A stretch of 59,129 nt of DNA, counting the filler, from Rhizaria sp. SCN 62-66 (lineage: Eukaryota), in assembly GCA_001724265.1 (NCBI GenBank). It is 4 parts of 4 records of this genome, joined end to end, with 100 filler letters (N's around TTAATTAATTAA, not from the genome) between each part and the next. Parts side by side here need not be neighbours in the genome. Positions count along the whole stretch, not along the records: positions 44,701 to 59,129 come from MEDY01000507.1; 3 more parts are not named here. One strand, given 5' to 3'. Below, piece by piece: positions 57,959 through 59,129 of the stretch. The translations under genes were made by a program, and so were the position numbers. Each line of letters starts with the position of its first letter. Within the stretch, counting starts at the first letter, position 1. The notes under the pieces were generated by a model. That model saw nothing but the letters and a program-made list of their open reading frames with translations, searched no databases and was not told where the DNA came from.

Positions 57959-58824
57959 GATGAAGCACCTCGACACCGAAGCAAAAACTAAGAAAAGAAA
58001 AATGAAGCCAAGTTATAGTGCCACAAGAACGCAATATTACATAAAACGCGTTTTTGTAAGCTGTGACATTGATATTGATAAAGAAAAATGACTTACTTTG
58101 TGAATGGCTTACTTTAGAGCTTTGGAGTGAGTTGCTAAAAGGGAAAGCACAGAACATTATTGGTGTCGTTTTCACTTGATCTATGGAGTAATACATATAC
58201 ATAACATTGAATTAGAGCCTCTATCAAGTGGCTACGCTTATACCGTGATGTCTAGTAGACCTAAGCTATCATTAAAACTCCCTTCTCGAGCTTTAAGTCG
58301 GCTTGGCCTGGACCAATACAGTGCTATATTCACCCAGACAATTTTGACCCTGACAAAAACACGGCTTGATATAGAGACCAAAGCAAAAATAAGCGCAACT
58401 CTTCGGAGAATATATACCCCACAAACGCTACTGCAAGTCGCTAATGAGTAATTTTCATGGTTTTCGTTCTGGGTTGGTCCCAGCCAGACCAAGGAGGTGA
58501 CTGTGAGCAGCGGCTTGACTTTGGGGTTCGGTCGGTCGGGCAGCGGTCGGGGGAGTAAGGGCCGCGCAACTCTAGCGGACGTCTTTGCGCGGTGCTGACG
58601 GGTGAGAGACGTCCGTGAATTGATTCGTAGAAAAATGATTGGATGTATTTGTGCTTGAATTATGTTGTCGTGTGATTGAGGGCTCTATTTGCGCTTCTGC
58701 CGCTCCCCGGGACGCGTCGCCGCGATCTCGCTTTGCCCCGCCCCAAGTCTCACTGTCCCTGTCACCCCGCTCCCCTCGCTCTTTGCCCTTCCCCGCCGTC
58801 CGCCGCGCTCCGTCTACAGAGGTT

Positions 58825-59129
58825 ATGAAGGTACGCCCCCGCGCTATATTCCCTGCTCTTCCCCTCAGCCGCCCATGAGCCTGCTTTTGCCCCCCATTTG
58901 CCTCCCCAGTCTTTTGCTCGCCCTGCCCCACTCTCGCTCACAACCCACCCTCTTCCCTGCTCTCTCGCTCTCCTCTCTGCCTCCCTGCCTCCGCTTCCTC
59001 TTCCCACCACAGTACAACAAGGCCGTGTCTTCCAACGTGAGCAAGCTCCGCAAGGCGCACTTCACTGCCCCCTCCTCGGAGCGCCGCATCATCATGTCTG
59101 CGCCCCTCTCCAAGGAGCTCCAGACCAAG
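58825..59129 (+). CDS. RPL26: 60S ribosomal protein L26 (uL24), 5' part (exons 58825-58830, 59013->59129)
   Basis: MK | [36 protein letters not shown]; intron GTACGC...CACAG. Confidence 0.93.

Noticed and set aside
58575-58616. Hairpin CGGACGTCT...AGACGTCCG upstream of RPL26
   Set aside because: A single 9-10 bp stem with no snoRNA boxes or second copy; compatible with chance.

Overview
Eukaryotic (protist-like) nuclear DNA with GC-rich exons, AT-rich spliceosomal introns and the standard code. It consists of four contigs joined by artificial 100-nt N44-TTAATTAATTAA-N44 linkers (14655-14754, 29974-30073, 44601-44700). Contig 1: a Pro/Ala/Ser-rich gene end, a secreted EGF-repeat protein, a ~2718-aa putative organellar PPR(-SMR)-like protein and a truncated gene start. 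Contig 2: a tRNA-Asp / deleted-tRNA / tRNA-Arg cluster, an ABC1/ADCK kinase, TAF10, TRAPPC4, TFIIS, an RS-rich protein, HPD and two identical inverted tRNA-Gln genes. Contig 3: the alpha-tubulin 5' end and a >4000-aa DUF3638/DUF3645 P-loop protein. Contig 4: a greatly expanded Raptor, a divergent 14-3-3, a divergent RPB7-family subunit and the RPL26 5' end. The most unusual signal is a set of TAG/CTA tracts that turn into this organism's typical Gly/Ala-rich coding sequence when every TA is read as CG. A CG-to-TA change is independently inferred from tRNA-Arg stem pairing. Together these suggest a RIP-like CpG-to-TpA hypermutation process. All gene models were spliced by hand and family calls come from recalled motifs; no database searches were run.
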